From Eledone cirrhosa (Eukaryota), in the NCBI GenBank assembly GCA_964016885.1, contig OZ024742.1, forward strand, positions 274,350,001-274,414,000: a stretch of 64,000 nucleotides of DNA, given 5' to 3'. Numbering within the stretch: position 1 is the first letter of the stretch; the number at the start of each line of letters is the position of its first letter. The notes beneath the pieces are model-generated. The model worked only from the letters and a program-made list of their open reading frames with translations, did no database searches and had not been told where the DNA came from. Below are positions 51,105 to 64,000 of the stretch, piece by piece. A program made the position numbers and the translations under genes.

Positions 51105-54100
51105 TCCTTGAATCTCAGTCATTGATGTTGGTTAACTGGAAAGTCCGTTGGATTGAATATCAAGCCACTACCTGCAGCCTCAGATATTCAGGACGTATCG
51201 GAGGGTTCTTGCCGTTCCAAGCAAGCATGCCTTTTGAAGCGTTCCAAAAAGCGTGAAGGGGCCGATTTTCTTTAACCATCCCTGGAAACCTTTGGAGATA
51301 GTCCCCAGTGCGCCTATGACAATCGGGATCACTTTGACTTCATGGCAGTTCCAAATCCTTTTCACCTCCCACTTTAGGTCCTGGTATCGGTTAATTTTCT
51401 CCCTCTCCTTCTCTTGCACTCTCGTGTCGAACGGGCAGGCCACATCCACAATCAGGCACGATCTTTTTTCTTTGTCCACAACCACCAGGTCAGGTCTATT
51501 GTGTTCCAGTTTTTTGTCCGTCTGTATCCTAAAATCCCACAGCACCTTCACCTGACTGTTCTCCATCACCGCCTCTGGCCTATGCTCATACCATTTCTCA
51601 GAATGTGGTAGATTGTTTACTTTGCACAGGTGCCAGTGGATCACCCTGCCCATCACATCGTGTCTCCAGCCCTTATAGTGGGTCTGGACTAGGTGTTTAC
51701 ACTCGGACACAATGTGAGCCACAGTCTCCTCTCTCTCTCCACAGATCCTGCACAGTGGGCTAGCCTCCTCCTTGTAGATATGGTGCTTCAACCACTTCGT
51801 TTTGAGGGCCTGCTCCTGCGCAGCCATTAGCATTCCTTCTGTAGCCTTATTGAGGTCTCCTCTTCTCAACCAGTTCCATGTCTGTGGATCTCTAAATTGA
51901 GTTTTCTCAAAGAAGGTACTATGAAGGGATTTTCCCTTAAGGCTGCTCTTCCTCCTTGATGTTATTTCCTCCTTGGATATCCCCTGGCCTACTGTCCCCT
52001 CCTTCAGTACAGCTCTGAGCATTGGCTCCTTACTATAGGTCACGTATTTGTATAGGTTGTTTTTCTCCATCTGAACACAGTCCTCTATGCTGATAAGACC
52101 TCTTCCACCCTCAGATCTCCTTAGGTAGAGTCTATCGACATCACTCCTCTTGTGGAACATGTTGTAGATAGTCAATAGCTTCCTAGTCTTCCTATCCATT
52201 TCTTTTTGTTCAGCAACATTCCTTCTCAGAATTCCCGCACTGTACCTAATAATAGACACAGCTCGGGAATTTACTGCGCTTATGGCATTTCTGCTGTTCA
52301 GATGTGACTTCAATACGCTCCTTACTCTCCGAATGTATTCAGTTCTTAACAATTCCTTCATTTTTTTGTTCTTTATGCCATCAGCCTCCAGAACGCCCAA
52401 ATACTTGTATCCTTCCTCAGAGTCAATTTCCTTTATCATCTCACCTGTTGGTATCTGGATCCCGTTACTTCTGCTCAACCTACCCCTCCTCATCACAATG
52501 ACTCCACATTTACCAATACCAAACTGCATACATATATCACTGCTGAAAATACGGACAGTGTCAACAAGCACATCCAACTCCTTCTCACTTTTCCCGAAGA
52601 GCTTAAGATTCCAACTTGTATCCTGCTCTCACTTTTCGCAGCATAATGGTCAAGGGCATCAGCGCAAGGACAAACAACAGAGGGGACAGGCTATCTCCCT
52701 GGAAGATACCTCTCTTGATCTTCACGCTTCCCAAGGATACTCCAGTTGATGTCAACTCTGTCTCCCAGGACCCCATACTCCTGCCCAGCAACTGTCTGAT
52801 GTTATCTGCCACCCTGAAGATCTCCAGGCTTTTGGTGATCCAGGAATGAGGCACCATGTCAAATGCCTTTCTGTAGTCTATCCATCCCATGGCAAGATCA
52901 GTGTGTCTCCTCCTGCAATTCCCCATTACCATCTTATCAATAAGCAACTGGTCCTTTGTACCACGTGACTTCTTTCGGCATCCTTTCTGTTCGTCCGGCA
53001 ACATGTTGTTTGTGTGGAGGTGATGGTAGATTTCCTCAGACACAATGCTCGTCAACAGTTTCCACATTACGGGCAGACATGTGATAGGTCTATAGTTGGT
53101 AACATCATTACCCTTGATTCGGTCTTTCATTATCAGAACTGTGGTACCTTTTGTCAACCACTCTGGCACCTCACCCGACACCAAGCAGTCATTGAACATG
53201 GCCGTCAGCTTCGGGTGGAGGGATGTTAAATGTTTAATCCAATACCCCTGCACACCATCTGGGCCTGGTGATTTCCAGTTGGTTAGTTTTTTGGCTTGCC
53301 CCTTAAGAGTTTCAACTGTGATACTCAAATCAGTCTGTTGCTGTGCCTGCTCACCGATCTCCCTCTGTACTGTCTCAATCCAGCCTGCCTGGGCATTGTG
53401 TCTAACATCCTGCTCCCATATTCCTCTCCAGAATGTTTTAGCTTGTTCCGCCCCAGGGATCAAGTCGTTGCCTCTTTCTTTCCCCTCAAGCTGTCCAAAC
53501 AGCATCTTCTGGTTGTTGTCGAACATGCGGTTCTGTTTATACTGACTGACTCTGTTCTCGTATCGCCTGATTTTGGCACTCTTTGCTACAATGCGTTGCT
53601 TCAATTCCTCTATGATAATATTTAGCTTTTTACTCCTAGTTTTGTATTTTATTTCCAGTCTATTTTTAGTGCCTATGTTTTTTAGTGTCCCATTCAGTAG
53701 TGACTCAAGCTTTCCTATGTCATTTCTCATTTCCTCGATTTGCCCACTCAGTCGCTTCTTCCACCACGGCTCTGCTCTTTCTTGTCTGTTGTTTCCTCTC
53801 GCTTTTATACCAAGTAGTTTCCTCACCGTATTTGCTGTTGCTTTGAGGATATTGTTGCACTGGTGAAGGTTCCTCGCCTCAAGGTATGGGATGACTTTGT
53901 TTACCTTAGCTGTTGTTTCTTTTAACTTTTTCCTGTCTACAAATCTTAGGTTCATAGGTCTCCCACTATCATTGTTCAACTCATCTACCACTAAATTTAG
54001 GATGTCAACCGAATCTTGTCCTAGCCCGTCAGCATTCATCTCCTCAGTGGCCGTATCTCTGTTCCAGGTATTATTTATCTCAGTATTCAGATCATTGTCT

Positions 54101-54870
54101 GCTTCGGGTGGTTCCTCCGTTCTCAGGACCTCCTCACCTTCATTTCCCGCCGGCTCGCTTGTCTGGCATACTACACCCGCCATCTCCAAGCCATTCTCTC
54201 TGCTCAGTTCCTCCAGTTCCAGCTCGCTTATCCACCCATTAGTTCTTATTACCCGAGCCTTCCCGGCCAATTTTTGTTCATCTAATTTAAATAAACCAAT
54301 CTCGTTCCAGATGTTATGCATCCGTCTCCTGTAGCCCCTCTCCTTGGGGTTACTTTTCAGGTAGCATTGCATAACAGTTCTATTCAATTCTTTCGTCCAG
54401 TTGGTTCTGGCCCCTTTCCTTCTTCTTCTTCCTCCAACATCAGCAGTATTTGGTTGACAGTCAGGTTCCTGCTGCTGAGCCAGGGGGCACCTGTTGGGTG
54501 AGAGTCTGTCACATGACGTTCTAGTCTCCATTTCACCGTTATTCGAACTGTTTATGTTCGATATTTAAACACTCTTATCGAGGATTGGCGAATGTATGTT
54601 TACATAGCCATCTGTGGATCCGCCATCCCACTTGGCCCTTGTGTGGCATTATCACCACGCTGTATACGGACACACATAAACAAACAAACACACGGGCAGA
54701 AAGGGCCCCAAAAATGAATAAGCATAAGTTTCATTGTAATGTAGTATTCGAATGTCTGACTTAGTTTTTGTTTTTTAAGTTTTACTTTTTCCCCCCTCTT
54801 CTCTGTCCGTCCGCCTGCTTCTCTCTTCATTCTTATTTTCTTTACGTTTTTGGGGTGTCTTTTTTTGTTT
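51105..54870 (-). mobile_element. R4/Dong-like element family A, full length, young
   Basis: Colinear with 37500-41325; sense-strand (TAA)n at both ends. Confidence 0.96.
51180..54531 (-). pseudogene. RT-RLE polyprotein split by one 41-bp deletion
   Basis: ORFs 52603-54531 (642 aa) and 51180-52577 (465 aa) are stop-free; versus 39771-39830 the segment encoding KGGLTINHLLFMDD is missing. Confidence 0.93.
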
Positions 54871-54931
54871 TTATTATTATTATTACTATTATTATTATTA
54901 CTATTATTATTATTATCATCATCATCATCAA

Positions 54932-55121
54932 CGGTGGAATGGCAGTATCGGGAGAGGGTTTGACGCTATGCTTTGCAGCAAAGAGTTACGGCCCTTTATG
55001 GCCTGAGTTCAAATGCCGGATAAATTTGCCTTTCATCCTTACGGGCTCGATAAAATAAAGCACCAGTAATACACTGAGTTAATTGGTGGCTATGTGCCAA
55101 AAGTAGAAACAATTATTATTA
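54932..55121 (+). mobile_element. SINE copy
   Basis: TGGCAGTATCGG A-box, GAGTTCAAAT B-box, core, GTAGAAACA(ATT)n tail. Confidence 0.85.
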
Positions 55122-55462
55122 TCAACTTTTTCAAATTTCACTTGCAAGGGAAGGTGAGGGTTGAGAGAGAAGTGATGCCCCCCAACACATTTGCTGAAAA
55201 GTTGGTGAATGTGGCGAGAATGTCCCATGTGAGTGGTTCTGCTCTGACATGCGCCTGTAGTCTGGCAAATTTGAGGAGGAGAGGGTGCCCTGCCCGGGTG
55301 CTCTCGAAGGGTGGGGTGGTTCAGGATTGGTGGGGTACCTGAGTTAACCCTGGGTGGTTATCCTCCCTCCTATTGGGCAATATTTCATTGTTGTATTTTT
55401 CTTGTTTGTTGTTATTGTTTTATTATTATTTTTACTCGATTTTTATTATTATTATTATTATT
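55122..55462 (+). mobile_element. Tx1-like 3' fragment
   Basis: NFFKFHL.GKVRVERE; homologous to 33460-33750. Confidence 0.8.
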
Positions 55463-55587
55463 ACGATTGACTTACATAAGAAATCATATAATTGTGAGTT
55501 CCACAAAGGTTCGTCGTTTTTAGTTGTTTCGAATTTTCAGTTATGGAATTTTTTTGTTTTTAAGCGTTTATAAGTTCATATATATTG

Positions 55588-55770
55588 TCTCTACTTTAGG
55601 CACAAGGCCAGCAATTACCCAGTGCATTAGTGGTACATTATTTTATCGACCCCGTAAGGATGAAAGGCAAAGTCAACCTCGGTGGGATTTGAACTCAGAT
55701 CGTAAAGGGACGTAACTATGCTGGAAAGCATGGCGTCCGACCATCTACTGATACTGCCAATCCACCGCCC
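55588..55770 (-). mobile_element. SINE with 19-bp target-site duplication
   Basis: TATAAGTTCATATATATTG at 55569-55587 and 55775-55793. Confidence 0.92.
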
Positions 55771-55849
55771 TTTATATAAGTTCATATATATTGCTTTCTG
55801 AGAAGGAATAATTTTGGGGCATCGAGCCCAAAATTTAAACTTTATTTTG

Positions 55850-58450
55850 TGAAACAAACAATTCTTTTTAAAAAAAACTTTATGGACGGCAGTCGGCTAC
55901 CGAAATCTACTGACAGCAGCTTTAACAGACTAGCATCTCCCGCCACCATCATTGTAAGCCTTGCTACAGGTGCCAAGATGGAAAACTCTCGCTGGTGGTG
56001 TCAGCAGCAGTAGCAGTTACTTAGGTTTGTCGCATGCAGACGTAAATTTCCCGCCCCTACCGATATCTACAGGTATTAAAGCCGTCATCTCCACCACCCT
56101 AATGTTGAAGAGTACATCCAACACAACTGATACCATCACCACCATCAACTCAACCACTATTACGACAGCAACAACTGGACCAAAAAAATTATCCCGTGAT
56201 ATCGAATAGGATTCTTCCACGTCGAACTCCACTGACACCACCACAACCACAACAGCAACTGAAACAAAAAAAATAACAATAAAAAAAATCACAATAACAG
56301 CAACAGCAACGATAAGAATGACAAAAACATCACCAACACCAACACCAGCGCAAAAGTCAAGCCAGGAAGAACTGAATGAGAACAAGCGAATGGTGAAAAC
56401 AAATGGCTACGTTGTAAGCCTCACCCCACCCATCAAATACCATGGAGCATCGGCGCCTATACACTGTATATTTTCGCACAATCAATATATAAATAGGCCG
56501 AGTGGAGCAGATATCCGAGTCCCAGCTTTGGGATATGTATGGGCTCAACAAAACCCACACCTGACGTGGACAAATATATGGAACCGTGGACGGGTGCTTT
56601 GGAACCCCACAGTAAGCCAGAGAGCATTCCATGGCCCCATTAAAAGGTGACGAGTTCATACTCGACCCTACCTACTGTGATCAGAGGCTGGTAAGAATCA
56701 AGGTGGCCCAGGTTCCGCCGGCCATTGAAATTCCTTGGCTAATGGCTGCCGACCCCGCCGACATCAGGTCCGACACAAAAGTGATCGAGATGATGAGAGT
56801 AAAACGGGAAAACTGGTCCGGATCTGGAATGGAGTACCTAATCCAAGCTGACCAAAAAAATATACAAACGATTCCAGAGTTGATAGACCTCGATGACGGC
56901 AGCTACCTGACGGTAATCGTTGAAGGTAGAAGGCCTAGGTATGTCGTTTGTGGCGAAGCAACTCACCTTAAGGCTTTCTACCTTCAGGGGATGGCTAAAA
57001 CGTTGAGATCATCTCTCCTGCCCACCCCAGTGACTCTACCATCAAAGCCAGCAGTAGAAATGGCAGCTACAACTGTAGCAGCAATAACAGCAGCAACTAT
57101 AGCAGCACAGTAGCAAGACCAAGACCACCACTGCCAACCGCGCCAGAAGTAGCACCAGCGTCTTCACCATCCACAACGCCATAACCAATAGCAACACCTG
57201 TGGAGGACATTGTACTCCCCGACCTCTCACAACAGGAGACAGATTGTGATGAGGAAGAGGGAGGGAAACTGTATCTGGAAAAAAAGAAACGCAAAAAGAA
57301 AAAATACTCTTCCTTCGCCCTCCATAAACAAAATACCGGGCGAAACAAACTAACAAAAAATTAAGACAGCTACACCACGATCAACACCAGCATCACAAGC
57401 CCCATCACCACAAACACGAACACCATCAACATCATCAACCCCAACACCACCATCACCAATACAACATAAAACACCAACAAGCGAAACAGAAACAGTCCCA
57501 CAGCAAACAGAAGTGCACTAAACGCTAACACAACAAAGCAACCAAACCGAAACACACTACAAAACATGAATTTGAACAACAACCAATTATTACACTACAT
57601 CCAACACAACACCAGCATCACAAAAAAAGACTATACAACACCCCAAATATTCACACCAACCACACACATACAAATCACTCGTATCACAGAGAAAACATAC
57701 ACAACACTAAAATTAAAATTCCCCAAGGACATCGGAGGCTTCCGGCAAACACTTTCCAGGAGGAAAGATAAAGACATCCTTCTGGAGGAGGCCACAAACA
57801 GTGAGAAGGATGGAAAAACATCCTTCCTCCACAAGAACCGATGTAAGTGGTCTTTCCCATCTTTTTACACTCCTATTCAACATGACCTTACTCAGAATAG
57901 GCATCAGAAATACGTCTGGGTTGGGGTCGTCTTGGAAGGAGGGTCACCTGCTGAACAACCTTAGTTCATTGAACATAGAAGTGGTGGCCATCAGTGAGAC
58001 CTGAAATTCCGAGGCACATGCCTTTGCATTTATCTTTGGCGGTTACGATGTGTACGCATTTCCAAGCCGGCCGGGATCGGGAGGCGGAGTAGCTGTGTTG
58101 TTTCGGAGAAGCCTGGATCTCGTGATAGGGACCATCTTCCTGGACCTAGAAGGTAGGTCGGTGGTGCTGGACGTGACCAGCAGCCCATGCTATGCTTTTA
58201 GTCTAGCGACTGTTTATGCCCCGACGGGGGCAGGACGGCCTGATTTCTTCAGGCGACTGGAGACATTCCTAAGAACGTCCCGCTCTAGGAGTGTGAAGAT
58301 AGAATACGTCATTCATTCATGTCAGTGGGCATTCATTCATGGAATGGCATCGTAGGCACGCAGAAGGGTTTATGAAAATTAGCTGAAAGAGAATAGGATG
58401 TCAGCGACTCTCACAACTTGCTGACACATTTCCTAACATTTGATACGTAA
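55850..58450 (+). mobile_element. Tx1-like 5' half (ORF1 + APE start), decayed
   Basis: VEGRRPR...CGEATHLKA, MTLLRIG..N..GL.SSWKEGHLLN.L..LNIEVVAISET, VYAPTGAGRPDFF. Confidence 0.83.
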
Positions 58451-58789
58451 GGCTTGAATTTTTTAAATGCACTTATGTGAAATTTGTCTAAACAATGCGC
58501 GTATTAAAAATCATAAGCAGATTTTTCATTTTGGACTGAAATGCTATTCGATGACTATATGTTCTGGCAGATACCTACACAGTTCTCATTATTGTAAAAG
58601 AACATGACAAAACTATAAGATAGGATGCCCCGACGTAGAAGTAATTTAATGTTGAAATTATTGAATTAGTTAAATTACATGATAAATGCGGAGGGTTGCA
58701 ATAGAATTTAAAAAAGAAATGAATTCCTCGTTGTACCAAAGGTTCAATAAGAGAACAATATTTCAGAGAAAGAGCCGAACAGAATAATA

Positions 58790-60520
58790 ATAATAACTGT
58801 AGGAAAGAATTGAATGAAACTGTCATGAAATGTTGCCTGAAGAGTGATCTCATGTAAAAAGGTTGTAGGAAACGGATGCATAAAATCTGTAAAAAGGCTG
58901 GTCCATTTAAACTAAGTGAACAAATATTAGCGGGTGAGGCTTATGTAATAAGCACTAATGGGTGGATAAGGAAGTTGGAACTGGAGGGACTGGGCATAGA
59001 GAGTGAGTTGGACATCGGAGAGTGAGGTATTTCAGGCAAATGAGCCAGTGGGAAATGAGAGTGAAGAGGATGCGAGACCTGAGGAAACAAACGAGGCAGA
59101 CAATCACCTGAATGCTGAAATAAATAAAATCTGGAATAAATATACGGCCATTGAGGAAATGAATCATGACGGGCTAGGGCAAGATTTGGTTGATATTCTG
59201 AACTTAGTGGTAGATTAAATGAACAATGATAGTGGAAAAACTTTGAATCTAAGGTTTCTAGTTAAAAGAAACGTCAGCTAAGGTAAACAAGATCATCCCA
59301 TACCTTTAGGCGAAGAACCATCACCAATGCAACATCTTCAATGCAACCGCAAAAGATGGATGTGAGAAAACAACAAACTAGAAAGGAGAGAGCCTTCGTG
59401 GAAGAGGCAATTGAAAGGTCAAGTCAAGGAAATGAGAGACATTGGAAACCTTGCAGCTTTACTAAGCATAGCCACTAAAGATAGATTAAAAATGAAATAC
59501 AAATTTAAGGTAAAAATGCTAAATGTGATCATAGAGGAACTTAAGCAACGCATTTTAGCAAAAAGTGTAAAGATTAAGCAATATGAGAAAAGAGTTAGTC
59601 AGTATAGACAGAACCGCAAGGTTGACAGCAACCAAAAGATGTTATTTGGAAGAACAGAAAGTAACGAGGCGATCCCAGAAACTGAGCAGACTAAGGACAT
59701 TTAGAGAAGAATATGGGAGCAGGGTGTTGAACATAATAGTCAGGCAGTGTGGACTGAGACAGTTAAAAAGGAGGTTATTGAACAAGCACACCAACAACCT
59801 GATTTGAGTATCACAGTTGAAACTCGTAAATGGCAGACCAAGAAACTAACCAACTGGAAATCACCAGGCCCAGGTGGTGTGCAAGGGTATTTGATAAAAG
59901 ATATAACATCCCTCTACCCAAAACTGCTATGTTCAATGACTGCTTGATGTCGGGTGAAGTACCAGAGTGGTTGACAAAATGTACCACAGTTCTGGTAATG
60001 AAAGACCAAATCAAGGTTAATGATGTTACCAACTATCCTATCACATGTCTGTTCGTAGTGTGGAAACTCTCAACAAGCATTGTGTCTGAGGAAATCTACT
60101 ATCACTTTCGCATAAACAACTTGTTACCGGACGAACAGAAAGGATGCCGAAAGAAGTCCCGTAGTACAAAAGACCAGTTACTTATTGACAAGATGTTAAT
60201 AAGGAATTGCAAGAGAAGGCATACTGGTCATAGCATGGGATGGATAGACTATAAGACGGCATTTGACATGCTTCCTCATTCTTGGATAACCAAAAGCCTA
60301 TAGATCTTCTGGAACGAGGTTGGTCTATTTAAATTAGGTGAACAAAATTAGCCGAGCAGGCACTTGTAATAAAATCTAATGGAAGGATAAGCGAGTTGTA
60401 ACTGGAGGAACTGGGCAGAGATATTAATTTGGAAATGGAAGGTGGGGGATATCACACAAATGAGCCAGGAGGAAATGAGGATGAAGAGGTTGAGAGAACC
60501 GAGGAAGCAACCGTAGAAGA
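58790..60520 (+). mobile_element. R4/Dong-like family A 5' half, decayed, plus short duplicated piece
   Basis: GLGQDLVDILNLVVD, NWKSPGP, DEQKGCRK, MGWIDYKTAFD; preceded by (TAA)n. Confidence 0.87.
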
Positions 60521-61150
60521 TAGTTTCCTCGTTTCCTCACGATCCAATTCTGGGTGAGAGTGGGTAACCTCATCGTCACATTGTCCCAATTCCTATCCAC
60601 CAGTAGATCTGGTTCGCACAAAACCCCGAGCCTTACTGGTCCGTCCGTCCAGCTCCCGATGACGCTGTCGGACGGCATAGTCTTGCCCCTCTATGTGCCG
60701 AGCTGCCGAATTTTCCGGATTAAGTTTCGCACCCGTAAACATTTCATATACATCCAACAAGTTGCTGATCACCTCGATTTCCAAGGTGTACGACTCCATC
60801 ACGGCGACGTCGTCGGCATAAACCAACACAGCCTTTCTGCGGACCCGTTCAAGTGGGATGCTTTGCAACAGCTCTTAATGCCGCGGTAAAGGCTCGAGAG
60901 TCAATACACAGAGAAGGAAGGAGAGGGGCACTCTTGAGGGACCGACCGGGTGATCTGAAAAGGTTCTGAGTGGTGGCCATTCCATTTGACCACCGAGCTG
61001 ATGCCACTGTGTATTGCGATAATACAGCCTCTGAAGATGGACTTGAACCCAGCTGCCTTGATGACAGCCTTTAGTTGGTATCAATGGTCGACCATATCGA
61101 AAGCTTTCGATTGATCTACATTTTATGAGGGACCCACCAAATCCAAGTTT
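60520..61150 (-). mobile_element. Tx1-like RT fragment
   Basis: DQSKAFD, LEPL, VYADDV. Confidence 0.8.
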
Positions 61151-61832
61151 TGGGATTTCAGAATGCAGAGAGTCAAGAAATTAGTACATACTAGGCCTCA
61201 CTTGGTGGTTTTTGACAAGCAGGAAACTCCGTTCCTGATTTGAGATGTAGCCTGCCTTTTTGATACAAGTGTGCAAGGAAAGGTGGAGAAAATTAACCGA
61301 TACCAGAAATTAAAATAGGAATCAAAAAGGATTGTGGACTGACATGCGATCAAAATCCTCCCCACTGTCATAGGAGCAGTAGGAACTATCTCGAATAGTT
61401 TTCAAAGATAGTTAAAGAATATTAGTCCAGACCCGTTTTGGGAACACTTCAGAAGGCGTGCTTTTTAGTAACAGCAAAAATCCTCCGATATGTCCTGGTT
61501 ATCTGAGGCTGTAGGTAACAGCTTGATGTTCATTTGAACAAAATTTCCACTTAAATAATATCAATGACTGGGACATCAGGAAATTAATAATAATAATAAG
61601 AAAAGATAGAGCTATTAAAGAAACTGGCAAAGAAATGGCAAGAAAAGACTGTATGGAAAATAACAAAAAGAGCTAACGATCCTAATGTTGACAAATTGTT
61701 AACCCAACAGTGGTTGTCATCCTCGGAGACTGAAATACTGATTATATCAGCACAAGAACAGTGTCTGCCAAAATAACATTCTCGCGCCGACATCGTATAA
61801 TTTAACATGCAACCCATCATGCCGTGTATGTA
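61150..61832 (+). mobile_element. R4/Dong-like family A 3' end (to ~61590) followed by family B fragment
   Basis: Decayed RLE and tail into (TAA)n; then KELAKKWQEK...SAQEQ like 50120-50360. Confidence 0.78.
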
Positions 61833-61844
61833 AAAAAAAAGAAA

Positions 61845-64000
61845 TAATGCTAATAATAATAATGCTTTTTTTATTAACCACGAGGGTCTACATAAAGTAT
61901 AACACAAAATACAGCACAGGATGGTACAAGTCGGTAAAATGGACATTTCTGCGTGTAAAGTAAAATTAATAATAAGGGAAATAACAAAAAAAGAAAACAA
62001 AAGAAAATTCCATAATAGGGGTAAGTCTTCCAAAGATAACTCGCGGAGAAAGCCCATTAAAAGATCCTCGTTTGTCCTGATCACCAGGGTATGTGCCCTC
62101 TCCCAGTTCTCCACTTCAAATCTACAGAGACATACTCAGAGCAGGCACATTCATTCGAGCCATGCTTGTCTCTTTCACCCATCTTTCAACAAAGTGCTAT
62201 GAAGAGTGCACTCACCTCTCCACCCTGATTTTCCTTTTCAAATGAAATTTGGAAAGGTTAATCAGGGCATCATTGAAGAGGTAAGTGCTCTTCTTCTTCA
62301 GCCCTTTTAAATGCGTCCACCACACGAACTATTTCGCCATGACCACCAGGCAGATAAACAAATGCCTGTCCTTCCCGGGTTAAGGAAGGCGGCGGGGCAA
62401 TACTCATGATGGACTCAGCTGATAGCCGGATCTGTCCTAAGTTTGACAGCAGGTGTTCGACATAAACCTACAAATCAGCAATGCTGGGATATTGGACGAG
62501 TGCATGCAGGATGGTTACGTCCGTCTGCACTCAAGGCTCTGCTGACGTACTTCCATGCCTGTATAGGTTACCCCGAACTGGCAGTCATCAACTTGGTGGA
62601 TGACATACGCATCGTACGCGTTCGCAACATCCATTCAACCTTTCACAGATATCTTCCTCTCGGCCCCTTTCTGGGTAATAGAGGACACGCTGCTCGTCAC
62701 CTTGTCTTAGTTTGTGTCCGTCCGGAGGTCCGGACTGAACCAGACCCCTTACAATTTAACCGGTCCATCCGCCCAGCGCCTGACGACGCTGTTTGACCAG
62801 CCTCTCCAGGAGCCGAGCCACGCGCCCACCGATTTTTCCTGGCTGATCATTGCTCCTGTCACTGCCTGGTATTGTTTTAATGTAGTGCCGATCGCCTCAA
62901 TGTGTTTCGAACTCGACAACACTACGTTGACGTCATCGGTCATCGGCATATGCTGACACGGTTCTCACGCTTCCAAATTCGTGCGGGGCGCCGCTGAACG
63001 TCTCCAGTTTGTGCAATAATGGCTCAAGAGTCAATACGTACAGCAGGGATGAGAGGGGGAATTTTGGTGGACCGACCGCATGATGTTGAATTGTTCCGAA
63101 AGGTTATCGTTCACTCTCACCGCAGCGCAGATGACGCTTTGCATCTAGCCTCTGAAGACGGGTCCAAAGCCGGTCACCCTCAGGGCTGTTGTCAGATAAA
63201 GATGCTCGATTCTATCGATATCATCCGACTGATCTAAATTGATCAATGACACACCCGCTCCAGGTTTACCAGCTACCCCCTCCACGATGTATCGCATGAG
63301 GTGGAGGTTATCGTGGATTGATCTGTCTGCAATGGTTCATATCTGTACCTCTTCCACCAGATCACCGACGACAAGCGTCATCCTCTTTGTTGAGCACCTT
63401 GGCCAAAATCTTAAACTCTGTTAAGAAAAGACATGAGCCATAAATTATTGTATGTTATCCCCCTTGTTAGGGTCATTTCTCCGCCACGCCACAGCTTCTC
63501 GGCTCACGGAGTTAGGATTTCTCTTGTTCTGCTGCCAATTGCAGTCGCCAAGCAAGTATGGCATGCGTACGTAAAGGTCGTAGGGCAGACCATCCAAACC
63601 AGGCGATTAATTCATCGTGCGGTTATCGGCCTTTCGCAACACTCCACCTCAGTTGCCGAGAACCGGGGCAGTCTGTCGAGGTAGGCACTAAAGTTATTAC
63701 TGCGATCCGCCCCACTGCTGCCCCCAAGTAGCTAAGCAAAGTGCCACTGAAAAGCCGCAAACATTTGCTCCGGTTCGAGTAACATGTGCCCGGCGCCCGG
63801 CGTGGTCCTCCAAAAACCGTATCATGGCTTTGTTGCACGCCCCGCCTCCGGCACTCGGACACATCTAACGGCTTTCTTCCCTTCGTGTCTGAGAGCATGC
63901 GCCCTAGCTCTGACAACGCAGCCTTCGTGTTTTCATAGAAGAATTGGTCAACGACCAATTTCGCCGCAACCACGTCGGTCGCGATGCCTTTACTAAGAGC
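61845..64000 (-). mobile_element. Tx1-like 3' half running off the window end
   Basis: Homologous to 41333-44040; tail CCCTCGTGGTTAATAAAAAAAGC(ATT)n. Confidence 0.88.

Noticed and set aside
38196-54501. Antisense ORFs (e.g. 38646-39275, 45236-45940, 53096-53545)
   Set aside because: Shadows of retrotransposon coding strands with no independent motifs

Overview
Eukaryotic, essentially 100% repeat-derived window with no recognisable host gene. The tRNA-derived SINE family and dense (TA)n/(TAA)n tracts suggest an octopod cephalopod (inference, not verified). It splits into two zones. In 1-22.5 kb, (TA)n microsatellites flank Penelope-like retroelement (PLE) copies (RT + C-terminal GIY-YIG) with inverted pseudo-LTRs, a 5'-truncated Helitron with an intact 3' hairpin-CTAG end, short hairpin elements and SINEs. 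This zone also holds eight type I hammerhead ribozyme motifs from six unrelated sequence families, read by eye; most have palindromic stem III (dimer-type). Two of them point outward from a spacerless 442-bp palindrome, and two are a CCGAUGA core variant with a ~95-nt domain II. In 22.5-64 kb lies a nest of Tx1/L1-clade (APE-RT) and R4/Dong-clade (RT-RLE) non-LTR retrotransposons plus SINEs, joined head-to-head and tail-to-tail through shared (TAA)n/(TTA)n tracts with a consistent strand rule. It includes one near full-length Tx1-like copy and one R4/Dong-like copy whose only visible ORF-breaking lesion is a 41-bp deletion of the RT catalytic motif. Most short ORFs in the track are microsatellite or antisense artefacts. 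All calls are by-eye motif reading; element boundaries are approximate.
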